Notes: generated by a model from the sequence alone, not told the origin. Counted from the stretch's first letter, positions 1-13,445 are shown. The stretch: DNA of 64,000 nt from Octopus sinensis (GCF_006345805.1 NC_043007.1:59706001-59770000), one strand, 5' to 3'. Program-made: numbers and translations.

Positions 1-830
1 TCACGAAGAATCTGCTGATCCCATTGTTATATCAAAGCTATCGTTAGTATCTTTTAAATCCAATATTGGTTATCAAATTTAATAACCTATTTTTCTGGCA
101 GCTAAAATTCTGTTAATTTCATTCATAGTTTTTCTCGCAGAAAATAGCTTTCTTTAGTAATATAGGGTTAATTGAAGAGAAATAATTATCTATTTCAATT
201 TGTAAAAATTTATTTCTCTTGTTGTTTTCGATTCCATTAAACCAATATGTGCGTGTTAGACCAAAGTTGCAACTTTATTGCTTTCTTAAGTATAGGTGTG
301 TATTTATCGATAATAGCTTTTCTCAATTTACGTAGTATGATTTACCAAGGAAAATTAATCTTACTTTCGGGTTACTATAGAAATTGTCCATGTGTTCCTT
401 TAGAATATTTCAGTCCTATCATCCGTTTTATAATCGGTCATTATTTGTTTGGATATTAAGTTGATAGCTCTCAATATATTTTTATTAGCTGTCTTATGAC
501 TTTTTGTAATTTCCTTTCTTAGTAGTTCATGATAGTAGTTTATGCCTGAGTCTATTGATGAATTCTGTTGTTTCTGAATCAGATTCTTGATGAATTCCTT
601 TTTGGGTGGAATTGGTATGTCCTTCATCGATATACCAGTTTCAATTCTTTCCATTTTGCCGGTGGAAGTTTATATTAATTACTCTTGTAGTTATTTTATA
701 TTTGTTATTGTGAGGATATAGATACCTCTTGAAGAGATGTTAGCATCTAAGTTACCCCGGTTTAATCCTATGTATCGGTGAAATAGTAAAAAGATGTTAA
801 TTTCGATATAAATGGGTATAGTTTCATTTT
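1..830 (-). mobile_element. Penelope-like element RT fragment (N-terminal RT region, frameshifted)
   Basis: Minus-strand translations include KDIPIPPKKEFIKNLI, KEHMDNFYSNPKVRLI, WFNGIENNKRNKFLQIEIDNYFSSIN and FDITMGSADS. These resemble PLE RT motifs (KDHKENF.NNPKCRLINP, F..FDI..FYPSI, FDVTMGS). Multiple frameshifts. Confidence 0.7.
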
Positions 831-1134
831 TTTTATACGAGAAGAAGAAAAAGGAGAGTTTGGTGGATAAACATCAATTTATTAACATATTGTCAATTTT
901 AAACTACCTACAATTGTTTCCATATCCAATTTATTCAAATTACAAATAATAAATTAACGATGCATTTTGAATATAGTGAGTTGAATATTTCTTCAGGATG
1001 AGAAATCGACACAAAAAGGAATCACATCTTAATCGTTCGAGTGATCATCGACAGACTCAACATATTAACTTTCGTTTATTTATGTGTGCATGTGCATGTT
1101 AATGTTTTTTTTAAAACACGCACACACACATAGG

Positions 1135-1370
<236 letters not shown>

Positions 1371-1382
1371 ACCCTTACAAAA

Positions 1383-1590
1383 TGTGACGTCGTGTGTACC
1401 GTTGGCGATTTTTATTTCCTCTGTCTTCCCTTCTCTGGATCTTTCCTTCTCCTATGTTTCCGACGAAGAGCTCCGCTCAAAACGTTAAACCCTCCTTCTT
1501 TCCTTCTTCCTGAACGTCCAATAATACTATATTTGTTCCACGTCCTCGCGTTGTTGTGTTTTTTTTGTGCTTTCTTGTTTGGATTAACTA
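1383..1590 (+). mobile_element. PLE-type terminal repeat fragment carrying a decayed minimal hammerhead; same family as 46365-46562
   Basis: About 200 bp similar to the reverse complement of 46365-46562; ends in (TA)n. Confidence 0.65.
1456..1490 (+). ncRNA. Minimal type I hammerhead relic (core mutated)
   Basis: GTTT-CCGACGA-A-GAGC tcc GCTC-AAAA-CG-TT-AAAC; U4 and G12 altered relative to consensus. Confidence 0.55.
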
Positions 1591-1603
1591 TATGTATGTA
1601 TAT

Positions 1604-1661
<58 letters not shown>

Positions 1662-2391
1662 TGTATGTATATCTATACTATAATGGAGAAAGCTGCTTAT
1701 TAATTAGGTATGTAACCATTACTAAAAGTACTAAAAGAAAGCAATTATTAAAGGGTTGACCGTCCGGAAATATTTTTATAAATTCATGTTCTAAGAAATT
1801 TCCTATAACTTCGATTTCTCGAGTTTTTGGGATTTAACTCCAATTTCTCGTAAATTTAAACATTCATTGCATTCACTGCGGAGTATTCCATTCTCATTTA
1901 CAAAGTCTCTCACTTTCTCTTTTAAGTTTTCATTCGCTATTTAGAAAACCGACAGTTTATTATATTAATGTATACGTAATATATTATTTATTGAATGAAA
2001 ATTTTTTGAATACCCGTATAATTTTTGGACGCGGGGTAGCTGTAAGAAGAGCCTAGAAAGTTGGGTAATTACTATTAGAAGACGAGGAGAAAAAAATCGA
2101 TGGCCTGAACTCTTTGCATGAACACCCTCCCTGTACATAACTCCATGTCCCCCTACATGGCCTTGCTTTTTGCGTTTTGAGCCAAAAAAATTAACTTAAC
2201 TTAACTTAAGTACTCGAAACTTGCACCTTATTCGCAAATTCTAAACACTCTGTACTACTAAGCCAATATATACACAAGCAAGTTGCTCGAGGGACTTCAA
2301 CAGTGACACACTCGCGCACACTTATCAGTACACAAACGCACAAATGAAAGGCAATGAATGTGTGTGCGCGCGTGCGTGCGTGCGTGTGTGC

Positions 2392-2424
<33 letters not shown>

Positions 2425-2581
2425 GTGTGTGTGTGTGTTTGCTGTTCACTGACAAAACTTCGTGCTGCATTACTTTTGCGAAGTTTTGTCAGTGAACAGG
2501 TCGCGGTTTTAAATGAAAGTATTTTGACACAAATGAAATATATATATATATATATAATATATAATATATATATATATAATG

Positions 2582-2628
<47 letters not shown>

Positions 2629-3111
2629 CAAAATATTCGAATGATTACATTCGAAGTAAGATGTTATTATTGTTAATATCATCTGTGTTGAATATTTTTA
2701 ATTGATAATATCAACAGCAGTAATACAGGCGGTTCACAGGTATAATAGCATTATATATCTGTAAAATTTTAAATTAGCACGATCCGCCAACATATATTTC
2801 GTCTTGCCCGAGTGCTTCGTCAGGAGTAGAATGAAATTGTGAGGTTCAATTGCTTAAATACGGAATTAGGTAGAAAGATAGACTTGTAGGTTGATACTAT
2901 TTGGATACAAAAATGGCAAGGTGTGATGGTGAAGGGGAGGGGATGTACTCAGTGTCATAGGTGGTGGAACGGAGGGAAACATTTGTGGTAACCAACGGTG
3001 AACGATGAATGGCTACTGAAGAATGGTTAGTTTGCGAAGTGGAAAGATTATTTGGTATCGGTGGTTATGAGGAGAATATGGTTGGAGGGGTAGTGATAGA
3101 GGGATTATGCA

Positions 3112-3460
3112 TACGAGGGTCGACTGAAAAAATATATATCCGTGGGTCGCCTTAAAACTTCATAGGCTGACTATAAAGAACTGATGTTAGACCTGTGAAG
3201 TCATGTATGCATTAATTTCAGCTTTTCTTATTAATAACTGCATTGTTTCTTTCCAGGTAAACTGACATCTGATTGGTCAAAGATTTCAAAAGTAACTAGT
3301 ATGTGACTGTTACTTTAAAGTGTATGTGACTTTGAACTTGTTGATCATACTCATTATTCTTCTGATTTGGCGCCACCTGACTATCAACTGTTCCCTCCCT
3401 ACCATGAAAAGACGGGTGGCTGAAAATCAGTATCACAGTGACGATGACGTCACATCTATT
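3112..3460 (+). mobile_element. Internally deleted mariner relic
   Basis: Starts TACGAGGG (mariner TIR-like). 3346-3460 encodes HTHYSSDLAPPDYQLFP and MKRRVAENQYHSDDDV, resembling the mariner HPPYSPDLAPSD C-terminus. Confidence 0.7.
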
Positions 3461-3476
3461 GCTCTTTTTTTTTTTT

Positions 3477-3690
3477 ACTTGTTTCAGTTATTAGACTGTG
3501 GCCATGCTGGGGCACCGTCTTGGAGAATTTTCATTCGAATGAATCGACCCCAGTACTTATTTTTTTTAAAGCTTGTTACTTATACTATCGGTTTTTTGTG
3601 CCCGACCGCTAGAATACGGGGACGTAAACAGACCAGCATCGGCTGTCAAGCGGTGGTGGGGGTAATTACAGGTACAAAGAAACACACAGC
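3477..3690 (-). mobile_element. tRNA-derived SINE family A, 3' half
   Basis: Reverse complement of the 3' body seen in full copies (13744, 56698). Confidence 0.8.
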
Positions 3691-3804
3691 TATATATATA
3701 TATATAAATAAACCACATTTACTCACATTTCCTGAGAGTATCTTGGTCAGCTTTCAGCCGTTCCTCGTACGTTCACCTAAATCAATCAATCAATCAATCA
3801 ATCA

Positions 3805-3886
<82 letters not shown>

Positions 3887-3939
3887 TTATAAGTCTGTCT
3901 GCCTGTCTGCCTGTTTGTCTGTCTGTCTACTTTTGTGTT

Positions 3940-3982
<43 letters not shown>

Positions 3983-4383
3983 ATAAATATAAATATATAT
4001 ATATACATATATATATAGAGAGAGGGAGAATTATGCAGAAAAAACAAATTAAATATATTAAATATAACATCTTGGGTATGAAATACAAAATATGTATATA
4101 CAAAATGAGAGAAATCAATGAGTGGAGACTTTATAGTAATAGATCCAACTTACACAACTTAAATTGGAGGAGGTAAGGTGTTATAACTCTGACACCTGTT
4201 TCTGGAGGCTCGGAGATCCATTATAGTGCTGGTAGATGTAGTTCATCATAACATGCAGGCCGTAAAGACGTCGAGAACCTAGTTTGCATAAATGGAGCGG
4301 TACTGAGAATCTCTGGATCTCATCTGTGGACTATATATATATATATATATACATATGAATATATATAAATTTTGTCTCGGTGT

Positions 4384-4457
4384 ATCTAACAGAAGAGAAC
4401 TAATCAAATTTACGTTAACAGATGTATTTTGGAGAGTTCGAAACCTAGGTCCTAGTT
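4384..4457 (+). ncRNA. Type I hammerhead relic, extended stem II (tandem copy 1)
   Basis: ATCTAA-CAGAAGA-GAACT..AGTTC-GAAA-CCTAGG-TC-CTAGTT. Confidence 0.6.
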
Positions 4458-4816
4458 TATCCACATCTGGGTTGTACATTTATCTAATGTGCTTCCAACG
4501 GGGAAGATACATTTCACTGTATATATACTGGCAAACGTCATTGCTAGTATATTTACTGTGAAGCCTTACTATAGCGTCGTATATTATCAACTGCTATTTC
4601 CAGTAAAGATTAGTGCATTGTTGTACCACCATTCTATATTAACACTTTAATCTTATGGTGCTTTATTGTACTGGAAAGCAATACTTATTGTATTGCACTA
4701 TTTAAAAACGTTTTTATTTGAAAACTTATCCACTGTTCTTGGTTCTGTTAACGGCTAGGCGTTCAGGCGAGTATACTGGCACTCATGTAGCAACATTCAA
4801 AATTTTGTCTCCGTGA

Positions 4817-4890
4817 ATCTAGCCGAGGGGAACTAATCAAATTTACGCTAACAAACGTATTTTGGAGAGTTCGAAACCTGGGCCCTAGAT
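4817..4890 (+). ncRNA. Type I hammerhead relic, extended stem II (tandem copy 2)
   Basis: ATCTAG-CCGAGGG-GAACT..AGTTC-GAAA-CCTGGG-CC-CTAGAT; perfect 6-bp stem I, core decayed. Confidence 0.55.
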
Positions 4891-5172
4891 TATCTATATC
4901 TAGGTTGTACATTTATCTAATGTTCTTCCTACAGGCAAGATGAAATGTTTTATGCTCGCCGCCCGCAAACATCTTTGCCAGTATATATACAGTGAAGCTT
5001 TAATAGAGCGTCGTTTTTTATCGACTACTATTTTCAGTAAAGACTGGTGCATTGTTGTACCACCATTATATATATAAATTCATGTATGTATGTTTCAATC
5101 TATCTATATCTGCCTATCATATCTTTTTATGTATGCATGAATGAATGTAAGTATGTATTTCTCTCTCTGTCT

Positions 5173-5239
<67 letters not shown>

Positions 5240-5877
5240 TATATATGTATATTAATGTATGTAATTATAAGGGATGACAGATAAAGTAGTGGTCCCCTTT
5301 GTGGAGAATTCCGATGGGTATTGAATCCTCTGCCAATAACCAGATATATAATGATGCCTCTGAATATAAAATTGTGATTGCTTTATTCGTATCGTGCTCA
5401 ATAGACATATATTCCCCAGTAAAAGAAGGATTTCCCCTGTGAAAACTCAGCTTTGAATGAAAAGATTCACGCTGCTAAAAACTGAAGATAAGAAACAGAT
5501 TTTAATCTCATTCCTAAACCGTTTTCTTTGCTCTATATTCTATTCAATAGTTTACTTTGCTGCCACATAACTCACATAAAATTTTATAAGCGAAGAAAGA
5601 AATCTTATAATCTCATAACTTAATAGATAAGTATTTTTTTCTTCATCCAGTAGATCACGTCTTTAATCTGTCATAAAGAATAATGAAAGAAGAAATAGTA
5701 GGAAAAGGTAGATAAGCTCGCACGAACGTTTTAAATCTTTTTAAATCTTTAAACTTTAAACATAACCCAGCAAAAACTGACAATGAATAGGTATTAAACC
5801 GCTGTAAAAAAAAGAGAGGCTATACACATTGATAATAATAATGGTAACTGTTTTATATATGTGTGTGTGTATTTGTT

Positions 5878-5913
<36 letters not shown>

Positions 5914-7300
5914 GGCTGCGTGGCGTTCGATTATTAATAAATAAAATGAAAAATACACATTGTGTACAAGACACCACCAGCAAGTGAAAAATACGTAAAC
6001 ACAAGAGAAAAGTTAGAGCTTCGAACGAACAAACAGTGTTCGAAGTTCTAACTCTCCATGAATTTTGTATTTGAAAAATTTCTGGATGCTGCTGTCTTAT
6101 GAAGTTCTTTATATTGTCTTTAAAAGCATGAAATAGGAGTAATAAACGGTCCGACAACTGATGAGGAGTTATCTTCTTTTAGTATTTTGTCCCGTACATT
6201 TCTTTTGTGTGTTTACGTATTTTTCACTCGTTGGTGATGTCCTGAACACAGTGTGTATTTTTCATTTTATATATATATATATATATATTCAAAAAGCAAT
6301 AAAGATTCAAGTTAATTTAAATGAATTTACTTGAATATGGTACCTAACTTAGATGCACCAAAAAACTATACTGTTTTAACAATACAGTAATGTGGGGTGA
6401 TTATAAGCGAGAAAGAAGCAACAAGAATGGATAGGTTTTTAGTACAATCGTTTCATACAAGGACAGGCTTTATTAAAAGTTGCAAAAATTACAGCATATA
6501 AACGTGTCCCGTACTCATCAGCTAAAATACATGTGAGTTCTCTAGACATCCTAGTGGTTGAGGCTATACTCATGAAGTAATGTAGATAATTAAGTAACAT
6601 AAACAGATTTCCAAAGTTCATTAAAGTTCTTTAAAGATGATGTACAGTCTTATCACAGAATTTTAAAAAAGTTTTAATAGCATCACAGAGAAGGTGACCT
6701 AATCCATAGTGCACATATGAATTTCCAGAGATATGATGAGGGATTACATACTCACAGAAGACAAATTTATCCATTGTTAATCACAACGAGGTGGGTCTCA
6801 ATTCCTGCTTATTAGCATTACAGAGAGGGTGAATTAATCCTTTGTATAGATGCACAATTTCCAATGGTGTAGATGTAAATTTCCAGAGAAATGAAGAGGA
6901 ATTTCATATTCACAGGCGATAAATTTATCAATGGTTGAACAATGAGGTAGGTATCAATTCTTGTTATATGATTAGGTATTTGCCACATTAATCACATTAC
7001 TGCTATTTACAAGAGGCTGTAGCTATTTAACTTTTAAAGGCTGAAGGGCTTTCTAGAGAGGCAAAGAATAGAAAAGGGAAGGGAATAGAAGAAAAGAGAG
7101 AAAATAAAGGAGGAGGGAGCAAAAAAAGGGGGGGAAGGGGACTAAAAGAGAAGAGAAAAGGAAAAAGAGAATAAGAAGAAGAAAAAGAAAAAAGAGAAAA
7201 GAGAAAGAAATAGGGAAAGAAGGGAAAAAAGAAAAAGAAAAAAAAAAAAAAGAGGGTTCTAGTTATACAGAAGAATTAGTAGACGGCAAGTCTGGTTTTA

Positions 7301-7336
<36 letters not shown>

Positions 7337-7340
<4 letters not shown>

Positions 7341-7590
7341 TCGGGGTGAGTACTTGATAATTGTAAGCACCTGTATATACCGTTTGGTGGTGTAGGTGGA
7401 GGAGTAAATTGATCAAAATAAAAACATGATGCCAAGGATTCAGCGGTACATATGTTTCGGGCCTTTATTAGACAGATTTATAACAATGCATAATGTTATG
7501 TATTATGCATTGTTATAAATCTGTCTAATAAAGGCCCGAAACATATGTACCGCTGAATCCTTGGCATCATGTTTTTATTTTGATCAATTT

Positions 7591-7591
<1 letters not shown>
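7337..7591 (-). mobile_element. PLE-type pseudo-LTR fragment with perfect 90-bp fold-back, between (TA)n tracts
   Basis: 7405-7494 is the exact reverse complement of 7502-7591; contains the hammerhead 3' half GGCCC-GAAA-CATATG-TA-CCGCTG. Confidence 0.7.
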
Positions 7592-7664
<73 letters not shown>

Positions 7665-7969
7665 TATGCGTGTGTGTATACATACACAGATAGATATAGA
7701 TACACACACATATATTTAATTATATATTTGTGAATTAAAGCTACCATTGGTAGGCTGCGTTTTCCAGAATGGAGGCGAACACCTTTCTCCATGTGATCGG
7801 CTTGAAAAATTATTAAGACACTAGGATATTTTCCTACTTTTCTTAACATGAAACTAATGGTAGCTTTAATTCACATAGAAATAAATTTTATCCACCAATG
7901 CGGTGGTGAGCATTCATTTTCATTTTTCGACTTTTACATAAATAATTATATGTGTGTGTGAAAGTACAT

Positions 7970-8128
7970 CACGTGATCACATGATCGACGAAATTATCGG
8001 ATTTTATACATCGCTGGTTACAATGTGTTTTGCTCAAAAGAACTCAACATGCAGCCGGTGTGGGAATCGAAATCACGATTTCAATAACGTGAGTGCAACA
8101 CACTTAACCACTAGACCACGCGCATTCA
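7970..8128 (-). mobile_element. tRNA-derived SINE head (family C/D-like), decayed
   Basis: Reverse complement shows A box (TGGTCTAGTGG) and B box (TTTCGATTCC). Confidence 0.6.
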
Positions 8129-8770
8129 CACACACGCACGCATACACGCACACGCGTTTTTATATACATATATACAACTTACACGCATGCATTCATATGT
8201 ATGTACGTATGTTGCAACTGAATATCCTTTTTACATGTTTTATTATTTTATTCTATACTGCCATATATCTCAGCGTAACCGCCATTATTGTTCATATTTG
8301 TATTCTCCTTTCTTATTGAATACGACCGTTTAAAAATCTATTCCGCGTCATTGCCTTTTTTTTTTCAGTTGTTACTTTTTTGTAGCTTCTATTTAAATTT
8401 CAAAGAATTAAGATTTAAAATATTTTGACGTGCTTCATCTTCTCTGTTTTTTTGGTCTTTTTTTATTACCAGTATTTTTCTTTTTCTTATTTTTATGAGA
8501 GATTAAAGACCTGCGTTGCTGGAAGACGGAAAAAACCTTATCTATCAAGTTATGAAATTTATAAGTTTCTTTCTTCTCATAATATTTTATGTAACTGTGT
8601 GGCAGTAAGGTAAACTAATGAATAAAATATAGAGTAAGGAAAACGGTTTAGGAATGAGATTAAAATCGGGTTCTTATCTTCAGTTCTTAGCAACCTGTAT
8701 CTATTGATTTAATTTTGAGTTTTTCGCAGGAGAAATCTTTTGCTGGTGAAAGATTTCTCGGTCGGGCATT

Positions 8771-10890
8771 ATATTAGTAAAACGATATACCCTGTGATTA
8801 ATTTCTCAAAACTCTCCAACAAGCAGAGAAGCCTCTTTGCAGTTACTCAGCTTGCAAAAAATTGCAGCTAAACCTTCCTCAAATACTACATGACTCATTC
8901 CGTTTTGGTATGAAGAGTTGCCAACTTTTACATTGATTCTCCACGAGTGAAACATAATTTGTACTGTTACAACTACATTTACGTATATTAATTATTTTAG
9001 TTCAATATTCTTTTATATCATTTTTATGAGGTTTCTTATGTCTGATATGCAACTTTGCTTAACAGTGTAATCAGGTTATTAAAAAAGGATAATGAAATGC
9101 TATAATTGACACATAACATCACAACGGTTGACAAACAGACCTATGATAGCTGTGATTACCTGACAGTTTTGATTCCGTACTGTCTTGTTTACATAGCAAT
9201 GGGATGTAAACAAGAAGCTATATGTACCCGTTAGAAAATTAGAATCTTGTAATTTGGCAACAATTTTTCGAGTATTGTGGGAAATTTTTTAAACCTTGAA
9301 CAAAGTGCTTCACTTTTGGATGGGTACTTATTAGAAAAAAAATAGTTGACCTTTCGAGCGTTGTACATATAATATGGATGACAAAGTGAAACAAACCGCA
9401 CCGATTGAGATTGAAACATAAACAGTTAACCGTTAATAATCGGCAAACGTCGTCAGCCATCAATAATAAATCCGCCGATCGTAAAATGAGGTTGCAGAAT
9501 ATGGGAATGGAAAAGAGCTATGAAAGCAATCATACACACACACACACACACACATGCACGCACGCACATTATGGTTTAGTGCTTTTACTTTTAAATCGGT
9601 GCGGTTTGTTTCCCCTTTTCTGCCATATTATTCATTTCGTTTTTTCCTTACTGGTTTCAGTAATTGCCCAGTGGCCATGCTGGAGTACAACTGTGGAAGA
9701 TTTTTAGTCGATTAACCTCAGTACTATATCAGTTATTTATTTTCAACGACATCGTAAAAGACATGTAAATTCAATAAGGTGTAAAAAGAGATGCCGTACA
9801 TGCAAAACAAAAAAAAGAAAGATGCCGCGAAAATTATTTTTGTTTGACGTGTATTTATGGATGCACATACATACAAACATAGGCAGATGCATATAAACTC
9901 ACATGCATACATTCTTAGATGGTGCAACGTTCGTTTAAACCTTCTCATTTCAATCATTATTGAGTACTATCTTGGAAAGTTATCTTCCTCGACTGAATCA
10001 GTTGCAACAGAGTTATATATATATTTACGTGTGTGAATGTGTGTGTGAGTGTGTGTGTGTGTTGAAAAATTAAAGACGTATTACACGAGTAAATATGAAT
10101 TAAAAGCAAAAGGAGAAAATGCTTTGATGACTATATAATAATTAAAAGGAAGAAAATATTCACATGTTTATCAAAATGTGCTACCGGTTTCATTGTTTAT
10201 GAGTTTTTAGTCATGCAATAAGAACAAGGGAAAATAATTTGAATGATAATAAACTTATCTTTCATGATAACGGTTTTGAAAATTCACCTATCTTTTTTCT
10301 TACAAAATATGGTAATGGTTGTTGGTTTCCCTCTTACAGCCGTCTGGTCGGAATAGTTGCAGCACCAGATCACCTTTAGCAGTGACAGTTATCTATTGTT
10401 TCTTATTGTGGCAAGAGTAGTAGTGGTTTATTGTTTCTTACTGGCAATGTTGAGAGTAAGAAGTGGCCTCTAATGGTTGAGGAAGTCATACAGTGAGTGT
10501 TAGTGGCAGTAGTAGCCTCATTTTTAAATCCAGTACTAACAGTTTAAGCAGTGGTCCGATAACACAAAGTAAGCAAAAGTTTTTTTTCTTTTTAATTTTC
10601 AGTTTTATAACATAGTTCATACAAAGATCACCAGCATTTTTTACCTTACCCAAAATATCGCTGTTATCTTTTTTGTTATCTTATTTGTAACAGTACAAAT
10701 TATGTTTCACTCGTGGAGAATCAATGTAAAAGTTGGCAACTCTTCATACCAAAATGGAATAAGTAAGTGAGGTAGTACTTGAGGAAAGTTTAGCTGCAAT
10801 TTCTTGCAAGCTGAGTAACTGTAAAGAGGCTTCTCTGCTTGTTGGAGAGTTTTGAGAAATTAATCACAGGGTATATCGTTTTACTAATAT
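8771..10890. repeat. About 200-bp inverted repeat pair (8771-8972 / 10685-10890), possible non-autonomous DNA transposon
   Basis: Arms align as reverse complements with scattered mismatches. Confidence 0.6.
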
Positions 10891-10934
10891 GTTTTCATAG
10901 AGATGAGAACGACTGTATTAGTGGCATAAATATT

Positions 10935-11148
10935 GCTTTCAAATTTTGGCACAAGCCCAGTAATTTTAATGGAGGGAGAGAGTCAATGAGATTGACCCTA
11001 GTCTTCAGCTGGTACTTATTCTATCGACCCCAAAAGGATGAAAGGCAAACTCGACCTCCGTGGAATTCGAACTCAGAAGTAAAGATGGACTAAATGTCGC
11101 TAAGCATTTTGCCTGGCATGCTAACAGTTCTACCAGCTCACCACCTTC
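10935..11148 (-). mobile_element. tRNA-derived SINE family B
   Basis: Contains the reverse complement of GAGTTCGAATTCC..TTTGCCTTTCATCCTTTTGGGGTCGATAG core. Confidence 0.8.
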
Positions 11149-11599
11149 ATAAATATTGGCATAAATAACGAGACTTTGTTTTCATGTATTGGTAGGTAAC
11201 GGTAGGGTAGCATCAATTTCTCTTTTGGCTTTTGACAAACAGTCGAAAATGGTAGATATGATATTCAAGCATAAAAAACCGCTCAAACAGGAACTGAAAC
11301 CGGATCATAGATTTTCCTTCTATTGACTTTATCTTAGTTCAAAGATAGCTCAATAAATACACCACTGAAGATATTGAAAATCACTAATATTTTAAACCGG
11401 AACCCATAGTTATGATAGATTGCCATTATTATATCTATTATGCTAGCTTCAGAAAACGAGGCTTTATTTTTTTCACAATATCAGACGTTTGGTTGAATGT
11501 AAAAAGAAAAGTTAACAATTATTGCTTTATAGTCTGCTTTGCCAATTATTGACCGAAGATAGCAGAAAGAAATCTCCAACTGGAATGGATTACGTGCCT

Positions 11600-12250
11600 T
11601 CAGACGAAGATCGACTAGCTTCTAAAATAAGTATCTAGTGGACTGTCCGCTTGTTACGTGCTGTAGTCTGCAATCATGTAGCATTAAATGTGTATGGGAG
11701 TAAATAAAAGTAAAGTATGGAAGAACACTTGAACGGACAATCATAGCCGGCTCCGAGCGAGAGCCAGTCGATCGTTCACCATAATTCTGTAGAACGTAAA
11801 TTGTAGACGACCGTTTGGAAATAATGTTCAACGTGACGTGAAACGGTGGTTCAACACAATAAAGATTATCATGAGAAGAGTATGGTAAGTAAAATAAATC
11901 TAGACTATTGAGTAAAGTGTCTATGGATAAAACGAAAAGTGGAATGAAATAGCTAGGTGTCCAGATGATTGGTAAAGTTGTAAAGACATATGGCAGCCAT
12001 TTTGAGAAGGAAAATCTATATGGAAGATAATAGCTTTCTAAAAATATTAAAAATGCAGCTGAAATTTATGGAGTCGCTCGACTTGAAAAATAAATAAATA
12101 AACAAAATAAAAAGGTCCGTGGGAGATTTATACATTACAAATTCGTTCATCTCGCTAAATATTGGTGAGTTGGAAAGGTTTGGTTGCGTGGGAGATATGA
12201 AATTATTAATCTGAATATACTGAGGGCATTTTAACAACACACACTCCTAC
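11600..12250 (-). mobile_element. Highly decayed LINE APE-endonuclease-like fragment
   Basis: Minus-strand pieces VMYKSPT and PTF..NSLDLF weakly resemble CR1/Jockey APE motifs. Confidence 0.3.
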
Positions 12251-12651
12251 TGCCAAGACCTGCTGGGCAATTGTTGAATTATTTCCCACTCAATGGGTAT
12301 TGTTCATAATAAAAGCCTTCGATAGAGCAATAACTGGCGTGTTTGTCTACGTCGTGCCGCACTCACGTGACAAGTAGAAATATTCAATGTGTTGTTATTA
12401 CTAATACTATTATTATCATGCGTAACCCACCAACACCGCCCTAGCACATATACTTCATTGCATTGATGCTGAACATATGCACGCAAATGTATAAAAACAG
12501 AGGCAGGCGTACACACACATACATATGTGTGTGTGTGTGTGTGTATGTGTGTGTGTGTGCGTGCGTGCGTGTGTGAGCGTGTGCGTGCGTGAGTGTGTGT
12601 GTGTGTGTGTGTGTGGAGAGAATGTATTGAGAAAGAAAGATGGCAGTGAAT

Positions 12652-12686
<35 letters not shown>

Positions 12687-13226
12687 GGGGAGTAAGAGAG
12701 AGAAAGAGTAAGAAAAAAGAGAGAGTGAGTTAAAAATAGACAAAAAGTTTCTGTACGTGGATGTTTTTGTATCAATATATGCATATGTACTCAGCACTTT
12801 AGAGCAGGTGTAAACACATCCGCTGAGAAGATTCTGCGACGCAGTGTCGATTATCAGTCGTACAGTAATTTCACATAACTTATAGCCCATGTTCATGGGA
12901 AAGGCATTAGTTCCTCAACATCCCATTTTCCACTGCCTTGTAATTTTGAGACATTGCAACTATATAAGAAACAACTATTTGCAAGTATTTGGGAATGGTG
13001 CAAGATTAAATACGCAAATACACACACACACACACACACATACACACGTATGAACACACAGAAACAAACAGCCGCACGCAGACATATACATATATGCATA
13101 TATAGATGAGCTCATACATACACACATACACATGAACATGTATAGATGTGAACAGAAATTTTAGTATATTTGAGAGCAGATTGTAACAGAAAGACGGTCA
13201 TGCTAGTTCCTCAAGCACTAGTGAAA

Positions 13227-13227
<1 letters not shown>

Positions 13228-13278
<51 letters not shown>

Positions 13279-13361
13279 GTACTGCTGCTGCTGCTGCTGC
13301 TGCTGCTACTACTACTATACTACTACTACTACTACTACTACTACTAATACTACTACTACTA

Positions 13362-13429
<68 letters not shown>

Positions 13430-13445
13430 CTACTGCTGCTGCTGC
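13228..13445. repeat. (CTA)n/(CTG)n trinucleotide array
   Basis: Directly visible. Confidence 0.95.

Noticed and set aside
1690-2210. Possible LINE 3' end (CIHCG motif, (AACTT)n tail)
   Set aside because: Too decayed to assign; only the tail repeat is clear.
2783-2829. Minus-strand CTGACGA..GAAA-TATATG-TT hammerhead-like motif
   Set aside because: Neither stem I nor stem II closes convincingly; at most an old relic.
10339-10569. Possible exon (CTCTTACAG|..CACAAA|GTAAGC)
   Set aside because: Stops occur in all three frames and there is no other support; a non-coding exon cannot be shown from sequence alone.
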